64,000 bases of DNA from Bacteroidia bacterium (GTDB lineage: Bacteria; Bacteroidota; Bacteroidia; NS11-12g; UBA9320): contig JADLGN010000015.1 in assembly GCA_020849295.1 (NCBI GenBank), positions 91,168 through 155,167 of the forward strand, in the 5' to 3' direction. Position 1 is the first letter of the stretch. Every line of letters begins with the position of its first letter. Below, piece after piece: positions 42,688 to 50,960 of the stretch. The notes under the pieces are model-generated. The model ran no database searches, was not told where the DNA came from, and was given only the letters and a program-made list of their open reading frames with translations. Made by a program: the position numbers and the translations under genes.

Positions 42688-42719
42688 TAATTTTGCCAAA
42701 TAACTTATTTTAAAATAAG
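42688..42719 (+). promoter_or_regulatory. Candidate promoter/operator region of the reductase cluster. It contains a Bacteroidota-type -7 box TAATTTTG (42688-42695) and a perfect 16-bp palindrome CTTATTTTAAAATAAG (42704-42719) between that box and the first ATG (42751).
   Basis: The -7 box matches TAnnTTTG. The palindrome is perfect but lies in AT-rich DNA, so a chance occurrence is possible. Confidence 0.3.
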
Positions 42720-42750
42720 ATTTTTTAATAGAAAATTATAAGAAATAATA

Positions 42751-43914
42751 ATGAACAACATAGAGGAAATATTGTCATGGTGCGAAAAAACAGCTTTCGA
42801 CCTTAACTTTAATCATGCAAAACAATGGAAAAACAATGACAGTAAAAGGGTAATAGTAGGATATCTGCCAATTTATGTACCTCGTGAAATTATCCACGCT
42901 TCAAATGGTATAGCAGTAGGAATAATGGGCACGGGCGATCGTAAGCAAATTATAAAAGGTGACGCATATTATCAGTCGTATATATGCCATTTGCCAAGAG
43001 GAATCATTGAGTTAGCATTAGATAATAATTTAGAAGGTTTTGATGGTTTTCTATTTCCGGCAATTTGCGATTGTGTAAGAAATCTTTCAGGAATGTTCAA
43101 ATTATCAAAAAAAGGAAAATTTCAAAGATATTTTGATTATGCTCAAAACTTTGACCCATTTATTGGAGGCACTTTTTATAAACACGAAATGGAAAAAGTG
43201 CTGGACGATATATATAATGTAAATGGTATAAAGGCAACAAAAGAAAATTTAAACAATGCAATAAAATTATATAATATAAATCGCAGATTGATAGAAGAAA
43301 TATATGATATCAGACAAAAATATCCTTGGAGATTATCTGCTGTTGATACTTATCACTTACTTCGAGCAGGTATTTGCATTACTGTAGAAGAACACAATGA
43401 AATACTGCATAAAATACTTAATGTAATAAGAAATGAAAGAGGCGAAGCTATGGATAATATAAGGGTAGTAGTTTCTGGTTCATTTTGCGAACAACCGCCT
43501 GTAGGACTGATTAAGTCTATTGAAATGGCGGGTTGTTATATTGTTGATGATGACTTTATGCTTGGATCACGCTGGATACAAGGTGATATTGCCGATAATA
43601 CTGACGACCCACTTGGAGCAATTACTGATGCATATCTAAATCAAAGCACATTTTCATCATGCTATTACGATGTTGGAAATCCAAAAGGAAAAAGACTTGT
43701 AGAACTTGTAAAAAGGAGAGAAGCAGATGGTGTAATATTTTCGGCAGCAAGTTTTTGCGATCCGGCATTGTTAGACAGACCAGAAATGCAGAAAGAATGT
43801 GATGTTGCAGGCGTACCTCATATAAATTTCCAATATCACGAAAACACAGGACAGTTCAAAGTAATAAAAGAACAGGCAGGAACATTTTCTGATTCAATAA
43901 AACTTTGGGCATAA
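42751..43914 (+). CDS. 2-hydroxyacyl-CoA dehydratase / benzoyl-CoA reductase BcrC(gamma)-like iron-sulfur subunit (HGD-D family)
   Basis: The N-terminus RVIVGYLPIYVPREIIHASNG matches the family VGY.C.Y.P.E.I.AAG block. Conserved cysteines are AICDC, SGSFCEQ and ASFCDP. Confidence 0.75.
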   Translation: MNNIEEILSWCEKTAFDLNFNHAKQWKNNDSKRVIVGYLPIYVPREIIHASNGIAVGIMGTGDRKQIIKGDAYYQSYICHLPRGIIELALDNNLEGFDGFLFPAICDCVRNLSGMFKLSKKGKFQRYFDYAQNFDPFIGGTFYKHEMEKVLDDIYNVNGIKATKENLNNAIKLYNINRRLIEEIYDIRQKYPWRLSAVDTYHLLRAGICITVEEHNEILHKILNVIRNERGEAMDNIRVVVSGSFCEQPPVGLIKSIEMAGCYIVDDDFMLGSRWIQGDIADNTDDPLGAITDAYLNQSTFSSCYYDVGNPKGKRLVELVKRREADGVIFSAASFCDPALLDRPEMQKECDVAGVPHINFQYHENTGQFKVIKEQAGTFSDSIKLWA

Positions 43915-43954
43915 AATAAAGTAGTAGAAAAAATTAATTTTTAAAAAAAAAGCT

Positions 43955-45256
43955 ATGGCAAATCCAAAAGATGCAGTAAAAGAAAAGAGCATGATTATTC
44001 AAAAAGAAATGCTCGCAAAGCAATTTAACGACCTAAGTAAAGCAAGAGAAACAGGCAAAAAAGTATGTTATACATTCGTTCCGGGGAATTTAATAGAACT
44101 GATATTATCATTTGATATGCTTCCGGTATATCCTGAAATTAATGCATTACAATCGGGTATGAGAAAAAAATCAGCAGGATATATAAAAGATGCTGAGAAA
44201 ATGGGACATTCAGAAGATGTTTGCACTTATGTAAAATGCGATATTGGAATGATGCTAAACGGCAACATTGGACCTACAGGCGAAAAATTGCCAGACCCCG
44301 ATTTATTGCTTTTAAGTTACACAGGTTGTTTTACTTTTCTAAAATGGTTTGAAAACTTAAACCGTTTATATCCAAATGCTGAAATAGCAATGCTTCACAC
44401 TCCGTATCAAGAAGACGGACAAATTACTCAGGAGCAAATTGAATATATGATAAAGCAGCTAAAAGAAGATGTAATACCAAAATTTGAAAAAGTAACAGGT
44501 AAGAAATTTGATGAAGCAAAATTAAAAAAATTGTTAGATAACTCTGTGCAAGCAGAAGATTACTGGGTAAAAATTCTTCAACTTGCAAAAAATAAACCTT
44601 CGCCTATTGATGCATATTTTGCAGGAGTATATTATATGGGACCTATAAATACAGCCTTTAGAGGAAGTGAAGAGTGTCTTGAATATTACAAAGAACTATA
44701 TAAAGAAGTAAAAGAAAGAGCAGATCAAAAACTACTACCTGTAACACCGGAGGGAGAAATGAAACATGAAAGATTCAGACTAGTAGTAGAAGGACCACCA
44801 AATTGGACAAATTTCCGTGAATTTTGGAAAATATTTTATGATATGGGTGCTGTAATTGTAGCATCTACTTATACCAAGGTTGGTGGAGTTTATGATTTGG
44901 GCTATAGGCAAAATCCTGAGAAACCACTTGAAAGCCTTGCTACATATTGCATGGGATGCTATACAAATTTGAATTTACCGCAAAGGGTAGATTTAATTGA
45001 AAAATATGTAAAAGAATATCAGGCAGACGGATTTTTGATAAACTCAATAAAATCTTGTAATTCATTTTCGGCAGGGCAACTTATGATAATGCGTGAAATT
45101 GAACAAAGAACAGGAGTTCCGGTAGGATTTATTGAAAGCGACCTTGTTGACCCACGATATTTTTCTTATGCAAATATCAAAAACAGGCTCGAATCGTACT
45201 TCCAAATGCTTGAGCAACGTAAAATTATTTTATCACAAGAATCATTAACAGTTTAA
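43955..45256 (+). CDS. 2-hydroxyacyl-CoA dehydratase / BcrB(beta)-like subunit (HgdA-type)
   Basis: The motifs KKVCYTFVPGNLIELI and DVCTYVKCDIG are present. The protein is colinear with the paralogue at 49728..50948 (shared AIVASTY and ..IE[SG]DL.D.R blocks). Confidence 0.75.
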   Translation: MANPKDAVKEKSMIIQKEMLAKQFNDLSKARETGKKVCYTFVPGNLIELILSFDMLPVYPEINALQSGMRKKSAGYIKDAEKMGHSEDVCTYVKCDIGMMLNGNIGPTGEKLPDPDLLLLSYTGCFTFLKWFENLNRLYPNAEIAMLHTPYQEDGQITQEQIEYMIKQLKEDVIPKFEKVTGKKFDEAKLKKLLDNSVQAEDYWVKILQLAKNKPSPIDAYFAGVYYMGPINTAFRGSEECLEYYKELYKEVKERADQKLLPVTPEGEMKHERFRLVVEGPPNWTNFREFWKIFYDMGAVIVASTYTKVGGVYDLGYRQNPEKPLESLATYCMGCYTNLNLPQRVDLIEKYVKEYQADGFLINSIKSCNSFSAGQLMIMREIEQRTGVPVGFIESDLVDPRYFSYANIKNRLESYFQMLEQRKIILSQESLTV

Positions 45257-45261
45257 ATAAA

Positions 45262-46686
45262 ATGAGCAAATATTATCTTGGAGTTGACCTTGGCTCCACA
45301 ACATCAAAGTCAGTAATAATAAATGAACAAGACGAGATAATTGGAAGAGGAATTACAAATACTCGTGCAAATTACTCAGTAGCCGCTGATATAGCAAGGG
45401 ATGAAGCAACCTACAATGCAAGATTTTCAATATTAAAGAAAAATCTGGAAGACGAAATAGCTTCAAAGCCTGAATACAAAAAATATATTTCTGATTTAGA
45501 AAGCGTATTTCAATATGAGCAATTCAAAATAAAATTAGATAAACTTGGGGATGAGTTGGTAAAAACATGTAATAATTTTTTTAAAGATGATACTCAAAGA
45601 AATGAAATTTTAGTACATCTTAGAAATATTCGCAAAGCCTTTAAACCAAAGATTAAACATGATTATTTATATAATAATCTTGGAGAAAAAAATCAATTTT
45701 TCAGAGATATAGTTTCCGAAAAATATAATGAAGAAGTGAACAAACTCGAAATGGCATTATTCGAGCCATTAATGACGGTATGGGACAAAAGTATTTCGCC
45801 GGCAGAAAATGAAAGAATAAAATTTGATTTTAAAGAACTTGTTCATAAAGCAATGGAAGAATTAAAAGACAAATACAAGAATTTACCTGATACTGCAGCC
45901 GAAGGAGAGAGTATAAACTTTGACGCAGAGATGAATTTGCTTAAGGGAAATTTCGATCAGGTATCAGAAACTCTTCGTTCACACATTGACCATATTGCCG
46001 AACTTGAATTTCATATTGAAAACATGACAGGAACAGGCTATGGAAGAGCATTATTGCCATTTCCACAAGAATGTATCCGCTCAGAAATTTTGTGTCATGC
46101 ATTTGGAGCACATGCTGTTTTCCCTGATACAAGAACAGTTTTAGACATTGGAGGTCAGGATACAAAGGCAATTCAGGTAGATAAATACGGGCTTGTTACA
46201 TCATTTCAGATGAATGACCGCTGTGCGGCAGGCTGTGGAAGATATTTGGGATACATTGCAGATGAAATGAGCATTTCATTAAATGAATTAGGACCAATGG
46301 CAATGGAAGCACAAAAAGAAGTTAGTATTTGTTCTACATGTACAGTATTTGCCGGAGCAGAATTAAGAGAACTTACAAATCTTGGCGAAAAAAGAGAAGA
46401 TATTTTGGGAGGTTTACACAAAGCAATTATTATGCGTGCCATGTCGCTTATTGCACGTTCAGGAGGAGTCTTTAATGAATTTACATTTACCGGAGGAGTT
46501 GCAAGAAATCCGGCTGTTATAAAATATCTTACACAGCTTGTAAGAGATAATTACGGAAGCGATATAAAAATAAATATTCATACCGATTCTATATTTATGG
46601 GAGCCTTGGGAGGTGCAATGTTTGCCAGAAGAAATATTAATGTTGATTTGCCAAATGCCAAAAAAACACAAGAAGTAACACAATAA
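45262..46686 (+). CDS. BadF/BadG/BcrA/BcrD-type ATPase, large form (BcrA/alpha-like), with an internal K/E-rich helical insertion of about 200 aa
   Basis: Phosphate-1 is YYLGVDLGSTTSKSVII. Later blocks are TGTGYGR and DIGGQDTKAI. The cluster-ligand region is NDRCAAGCGRYLGY...ICSTCTVFAGAE. Confidence 0.75.
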   Translation: MSKYYLGVDLGSTTSKSVIINEQDEIIGRGITNTRANYSVAADIARDEATYNARFSILKKNLEDEIASKPEYKKYISDLESVFQYEQFKIKLDKLGDELVKTCNNFFKDDTQRNEILVHLRNIRKAFKPKIKHDYLYNNLGEKNQFFRDIVSEKYNEEVNKLEMALFEPLMTVWDKSISPAENERIKFDFKELVHKAMEELKDKYKNLPDTAAEGESINFDAEMNLLKGNFDQVSETLRSHIDHIAELEFHIENMTGTGYGRALLPFPQECIRSEILCHAFGAHAVFPDTRTVLDIGGQDTKAIQVDKYGLVTSFQMNDRCAAGCGRYLGYIADEMSISLNELGPMAMEAQKEVSICSTCTVFAGAELRELTNLGEKREDILGGLHKAIIMRAMSLIARSGGVFNEFTFTGGVARNPAVIKYLTQLVRDNYGSDIKINIHTDSIFMGALGGAMFARRNINVDLPNAKKTQEVTQ

Positions 46687-46701
46687 ATTAAAAAAAAAAT
46701 C

Positions 46702-47538
46702 ATGGAAAATTTTTATACTATGGGTATTGACGTAGGTTCTAATTTTATAAAATTAGTACTTATGGACTATTCAGATAATCCAAAATTATTAGATAAACAT
46801 ACTGAAAAAATAAGGAAACGCGACCCATCACAAGTTGCTGAAGAAATGACTCAAAATATGCTTGCCAAGCATAAATTGAAATATGAGGATATAGCTTATT
46901 TTGCTTCTACCGGAGAAGGAGATCTTGTAAAAAGAAAAAGAGGTCATTTTTATGGAATGACAACACATGCCAAAGGAGCACATTTTTTATATTCTGATGC
47001 AATAACTGTGGTAGATATGGGTGCACTTTATGTAAGAGCAATTAAAATATCTGATGATGCAAGAGTATATGATTATAAAATGACCGGACAATGTGCCTCA
47101 GGTTCGGGGCAGTTTGTTGAAAATATTTCACGATATCTAGGTCTGTCAATTGAAGAAGTTGGCGATGTTTCAATGCAATCAAAAAATCCAGAAGTTTCTT
47201 CAGGAATTTGTGCCGTACTTGCCGAAACTGACGTAATTAATATGGTTTCAAGAGGTATATCAACACCTGATATAATAAAGGGAATTCATATTTCAATTGC
47301 CAACAGAATACTTAAACTATTGAGTTCCCTTAAAGCAGAATCGCCTATAGTAGTTACAGGAGGAATGGCATTAAACAAAGGAATGATAGAAGCACTTGAA
47401 GAACAATTGCAGGAAATGGGAAAATCTTTCCAGATTAAATCTCATCCAGATGCAATATATGCAGGTGCTATAGGAGCAGCACTTTGGGGAGGATACAGAC
47501 ATATTAAGCTAAAAGAAAAGCAAGCAGTTCTTGCATAA
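46702..47538 (+). CDS. BadF/BadG/BcrA/BcrD-type ATPase, small form (BcrD/delta- or HgdC-like activase)
   Basis: Motifs are MGIDVGSNFIKLVLMD, TGQCASGSGQFVE, SSGICAVLAETD and VVTGGMALN. The length is 278 aa. Confidence 0.8.
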   Translation: MENFYTMGIDVGSNFIKLVLMDYSDNPKLLDKHTEKIRKRDPSQVAEEMTQNMLAKHKLKYEDIAYFASTGEGDLVKRKRGHFYGMTTHAKGAHFLYSDAITVVDMGALYVRAIKISDDARVYDYKMTGQCASGSGQFVENISRYLGLSIEEVGDVSMQSKNPEVSSGICAVLAETDVINMVSRGISTPDIIKGIHISIANRILKLLSSLKAESPIVVTGGMALNKGMIEALEEQLQEMGKSFQIKSHPDAIYAGAIGAALWGGYRHIKLKEKQAVLA

Positions 47539-47599
47539 GCAATTGTTTTTATTTCATAATTAAAACAAAATTTATGAAATAATAATTTTTGATAGGATA

Positions 47600-49723
47600 A
47601 TGAGCGTACAAAATCAAACAATGAGTATTGAAACAAAAAAACATGAGTTGGATACTCTTTTTAAACCTAAATCAATAGCAATAATTGGAGCATCATCCAA
47701 AGAGCTTTCAATAGGAAATGTTATTATTAAAAATCTTGTTCATTTTAATTATACAGGGAAAATTTACCCAATAAACCCAAAAGAACCTGAAATAAGAGGA
47801 ATAAAAGCATATTCTACAATCTTTGAAGTCCCTGATGATATTGACCTAGCACACGTAATAATACCAAGCAAATTTGTGCCACAGATAATTGAGGATTGTG
47901 GAAAAAAGGGAATAAAATCAGTAATTATCAATTCTGCCGGTTTTAGCGAAATGGGTGATGAAGGTATGGCTTTACAAGAAGCATTTCTACAAAATGCAAA
48001 AAAATACGGAGTTAGAATTTTCGGACCAAATTGTCAGGGAATAATTAATTGCGACCCTGAGTATAATGCATATTGCGATTTTACATTTACATTTCCTAAT
48101 CCGGGCAGCATATCAATTGTAGCACTAAGCGGTGGTGTTGGTGCATTTATAATGCAAAGCCTTTTCGACCTTAATATAGGGATGAGAATGTATGCTTCTA
48201 ATGGTAATGCTTGCGATATTTCTATTTCTGAAGTTATAAAATACTACGGACAAGATGATGGAACTAAAGCAATTATTTTATATACCGAAGGTTTTCATAA
48301 ACCATTAGAATTTTTAAATACTGCAAAACTTGTTGCAAGAAAAAAACCAATTCTTGCAATGAAATCAGGAAGGACAGAAGCAGGAGCAAAAGCAGCAGCT
48401 TCACATACAGGAGCACTTGCAGGTATTGATATTTCTACTGAGTTAATATTTGAAAAAACAGGTGTGTTGTCATTCACAAATGAAGAAGAAATGTGTCAGG
48501 CAGCAATGGCTTTCTCTACACAACCAATTCCAAAGGGCAATAAAGTAGGTATAATTACAAATACAGGCGGACCTGCAGTAATTGCAACAGACGAACTAGT
48601 TAATTCAGGACTTGAGATTCCAGCTATATCAGCAAAAGCAGAAGAAATATTAAAAAATACATTGTTGCCTGAAGCCACAATAGGCAATCCGATTGATGTA
48701 GTTGCTACCGGCGGTGGAGTACATTTTAGAAGTGCACTTGATGTGCTGATGAATGAAAGTCAAATAGACAGTATTTTTATAAATTTTGTAACAGCACCAT
48801 TTACAGATACTGATGAGGTAGCAAGAAATATAGTAGAAGTAAATCAACTTAAGAAGAAACCAATAATTTGTAATTTTATGACAAATATGAGTTTTGAAAG
48901 ATTTCAAAAAACTGCCAAAATACTTCAGGATGGCGGTGTGCCATGTTATAGTTTTCCTACTACTGCAGCTAAAGCTCTTGGAGCATTATACAAATTTCAT
49001 AAAATTCAAAATAGAGAAATTGGCTTCCCTCAGCTTTTTAGGGATATAGACAAAAATACAGTTAAAGAAATTATTGAAAATTCAGCTATTAATGAATTTA
49101 TGTCTTCCGAGAAAGTTTTTAGTATTCTTAAAGCATACAATATTCCTATAGCAGACTGGGGAATAGCATCAAATATAGATACTGCCCATGAAATAGCATC
49201 AAAAATTTCATACCCAGTAGTAGTAAAAGCAGAGGCATCAGATATAATACACAAAAGCGATAAAGGAGGTGTGGCAGTAAATATTAAAAACCAAGCAGAA
49301 TTGATATCGACTATTGAAAATATGAAGAACAATTTTGATAATTCTGCTTTGAAATTTCTTATACAAAAATTTGAACCGGGAGGAAAAGAATTAATAATTG
49401 GAGTTACATCAAATGGAGATTTAGGGCATTTAATAATGTTTGGAATGGGAGGCATTTATGTAGAAATATTAAAAGATGTTGTTTTCAAATTAAGCCCCGT
49501 AACGCAAGTTGAAGCCGAAGAAATGCTATCAACAATTAAATCGTCAAAATTATTAGATGGAGTAAGAGGTCAACAAGGAATTGATAAAAAAAGAGTTATT
49601 GAAATAATTGAAAGGATATCTCAATTGGTAACAGATTTTCCTCAAATAAAAGAAATGGATTTAAATCCTGTAATGGCATTTTCAGATAGAGCTATTGCAG
49701 TTGATGCAAGAATTAAATTATAA
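47600..49723 (+). CDS. ADP-forming (NDP-forming) acyl-CoA synthetase with fused alpha and beta domains (CoA-binding + succinyl-CoA-synthetase-like + ATP-grasp)
   Basis: The N-terminal CoA-binding Rossmann region is SIAIIGASSKELSIGN. The CoA-ligase/flavodoxin-like middle contains a phosphohistidine loop (GAKAAASHTGALAG). The C-terminal ATP-grasp has YPVVVKAEASDIIHKSDKGGV. The length is 707 aa. Confidence 0.8.
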   Translation: MSVQNQTMSIETKKHELDTLFKPKSIAIIGASSKELSIGNVIIKNLVHFNYTGKIYPINPKEPEIRGIKAYSTIFEVPDDIDLAHVIIPSKFVPQIIEDCGKKGIKSVIINSAGFSEMGDEGMALQEAFLQNAKKYGVRIFGPNCQGIINCDPEYNAYCDFTFTFPNPGSISIVALSGGVGAFIMQSLFDLNIGMRMYASNGNACDISISEVIKYYGQDDGTKAIILYTEGFHKPLEFLNTAKLVARKKPILAMKSGRTEAGAKAAASHTGALAGIDISTELIFEKTGVLSFTNEEEMCQAAMAFSTQPIPKGNKVGIITNTGGPAVIATDELVNSGLEIPAISAKAEEILKNTLLPEATIGNPIDVVATGGGVHFRSALDVLMNESQIDSIFINFVTAPFTDTDEVARNIVEVNQLKKKPIICNFMTNMSFERFQKTAKILQDGGVPCYSFPTTAAKALGALYKFHKIQNREIGFPQLFRDIDKNTVKEIIENSAINEFMSSEKVFSILKAYNIPIADWGIASNIDTAHEIASKISYPVVVKAEASDIIHKSDKGGVAVNIKNQAELISTIENMKNNFDNSALKFLIQKFEPGGKELIIGVTSNGDLGHLIMFGMGGIYVEILKDVVFKLSPVTQVEAEEMLSTIKSSKLLDGVRGQQGIDKKRVIEIIERISQLVTDFPQIKEMDLNPVMAFSDRAIAVDARIKL

Positions 49724-49727
49724 AGAA

Positions 49728-50948
49728 ATGTATAAAATACAAAGTACAAAGGTGATGAAGGAAATAATGGGAAATTATTTCCTAGGTATGAAAGATAAAT
49801 CAAAAAAAATAGCATGGTGTACAAGCGTAGGACCAGCCGAACTTTTGCGTTCGTTTGGTTTTGAAGTACATTTTCCTGAAAATCATGGAGCATTGCTTGG
49901 TGCTACACGTACAGCAGGAGATTTAATACCCGAATCAGCAAAATTCGGTTATTCAAATGATATATGTTCTTATCTTACAGCCGATATAGGTTCATATCTG
50001 AAAAGTGAAACGCCACTTAAAGAACATTATGGTCTTGAAGGACCGCCCAAGCCCGATTTGATTGTTTATAACACAAACCAATGTAGAGAAGTACAGGATT
50101 GGTTTACATATTTTGGAAGAGAACTTAATGTGCCTGTTATCGGAATTTATCCACCAAGACATCTTGATGAAGTTACGGATGAAATAATAGAAGATGTTGC
50201 TACACAATTCAGAAAAATGATTCCGATATGCGAAGAAGTAAGCGGACAAAAATTTGATAATGATAAATTCAAAGCAACATTAAAACTAAGCAAAGAAGCA
50301 ACTGACTTATGGAAAAAAGTTCTTTATACTGCTACAAATACTCCGGCACCAATAAGCTTTTTTGATGCAACTATCCACATGGGACCTATAGTAGTTTTAC
50401 GCGGTACACAGCAAGCAAAAGACTATTATATTACATTGCTTAAAGAAATGGAAGAAAATGTAGAGAAAGGAATAGGATTTCTTGAAAAAGAAAAATGCCG
50501 ATTGTATTGGGATGGAATGCCAATTTGGGGCAAGTTGCGTTCATTATCTGACTTATTTGTTCAAAACAATACAGCAATAGTAGCTTCAACATATTGCAAT
50601 AGCTGGGTTTTTGATGCATTTGACGAAGAAAACCCATTTGAATCATCAGCTAAAGCATATACTGAAATTTTTATTAATAGAAGCGAAGAAGCTAAACAAA
50701 GACTTTTAACCGAGTTAATAGAAAAATTTAGGATAGATGGTGTGATTTTTCACGATGCTAAAACATGTGCAAACAATTCTAACTCAAGATTTGGAATGCC
50801 GCAAAGACTTACAGAATCAATAGGAATACCAACATTAATAATAGAAGGCGACCTATGTGATTTGAGATTTTATTCAGAAGGGCAAAGTATTACCAAAATT
50901 GAAACTTTTATTGAGCAAATTGAGAGTACAAAAATTTTAAGTAATTAA
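49728..50948 (+). CDS. Second BcrB/HgdA-type subunit, paralogous to 43955..45256. The ORF-track start at 49695 overlaps the upstream stop by 29 bp, so the ATG at 49728 (or 49755) is more likely the true start.
   Basis: KKIAWCTSVGPAELLRSFG and DICSYLTADIG align position-for-position with the 43955 protein. The blocks AIVASTY and TLIIEGDLCDLR are conserved. Confidence 0.7.
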   Translation: MYKIQSTKVMKEIMGNYFLGMKDKSKKIAWCTSVGPAELLRSFGFEVHFPENHGALLGATRTAGDLIPESAKFGYSNDICSYLTADIGSYLKSETPLKEHYGLEGPPKPDLIVYNTNQCREVQDWFTYFGRELNVPVIGIYPPRHLDEVTDEIIEDVATQFRKMIPICEEVSGQKFDNDKFKATLKLSKEATDLWKKVLYTATNTPAPISFFDATIHMGPIVVLRGTQQAKDYYITLLKEMEENVEKGIGFLEKEKCRLYWDGMPIWGKLRSLSDLFVQNNTAIVASTYCNSWVFDAFDEENPFESSAKAYTEIFINRSEEAKQRLLTELIEKFRIDGVIFHDAKTCANNSNSRFGMPQRLTESIGIPTLIIEGDLCDLRFYSEGQSITKIETFIEQIESTKILSN

Positions 50949-50960
50949 TATAATAAAGGT

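Noticed and set aside
42751-47538. Reading the cluster as a simple hgdCAB glutamate-fermentation (2-hydroxyglutaryl-CoA dehydratase) operon of the kind known from Porphyromonas and relatives
   Set aside because: That system has one activase gene and no crotonase, Zn-ADH or ring-hydrolase partners, and the expected glutaconate CoA-transferase gene is absent. Here there are two unlike ATPases plus a third fused one, and three HGD-D proteins. The simple hgd interpretation is therefore insufficient, although a dehydratase role for part of the cluster remains possible.
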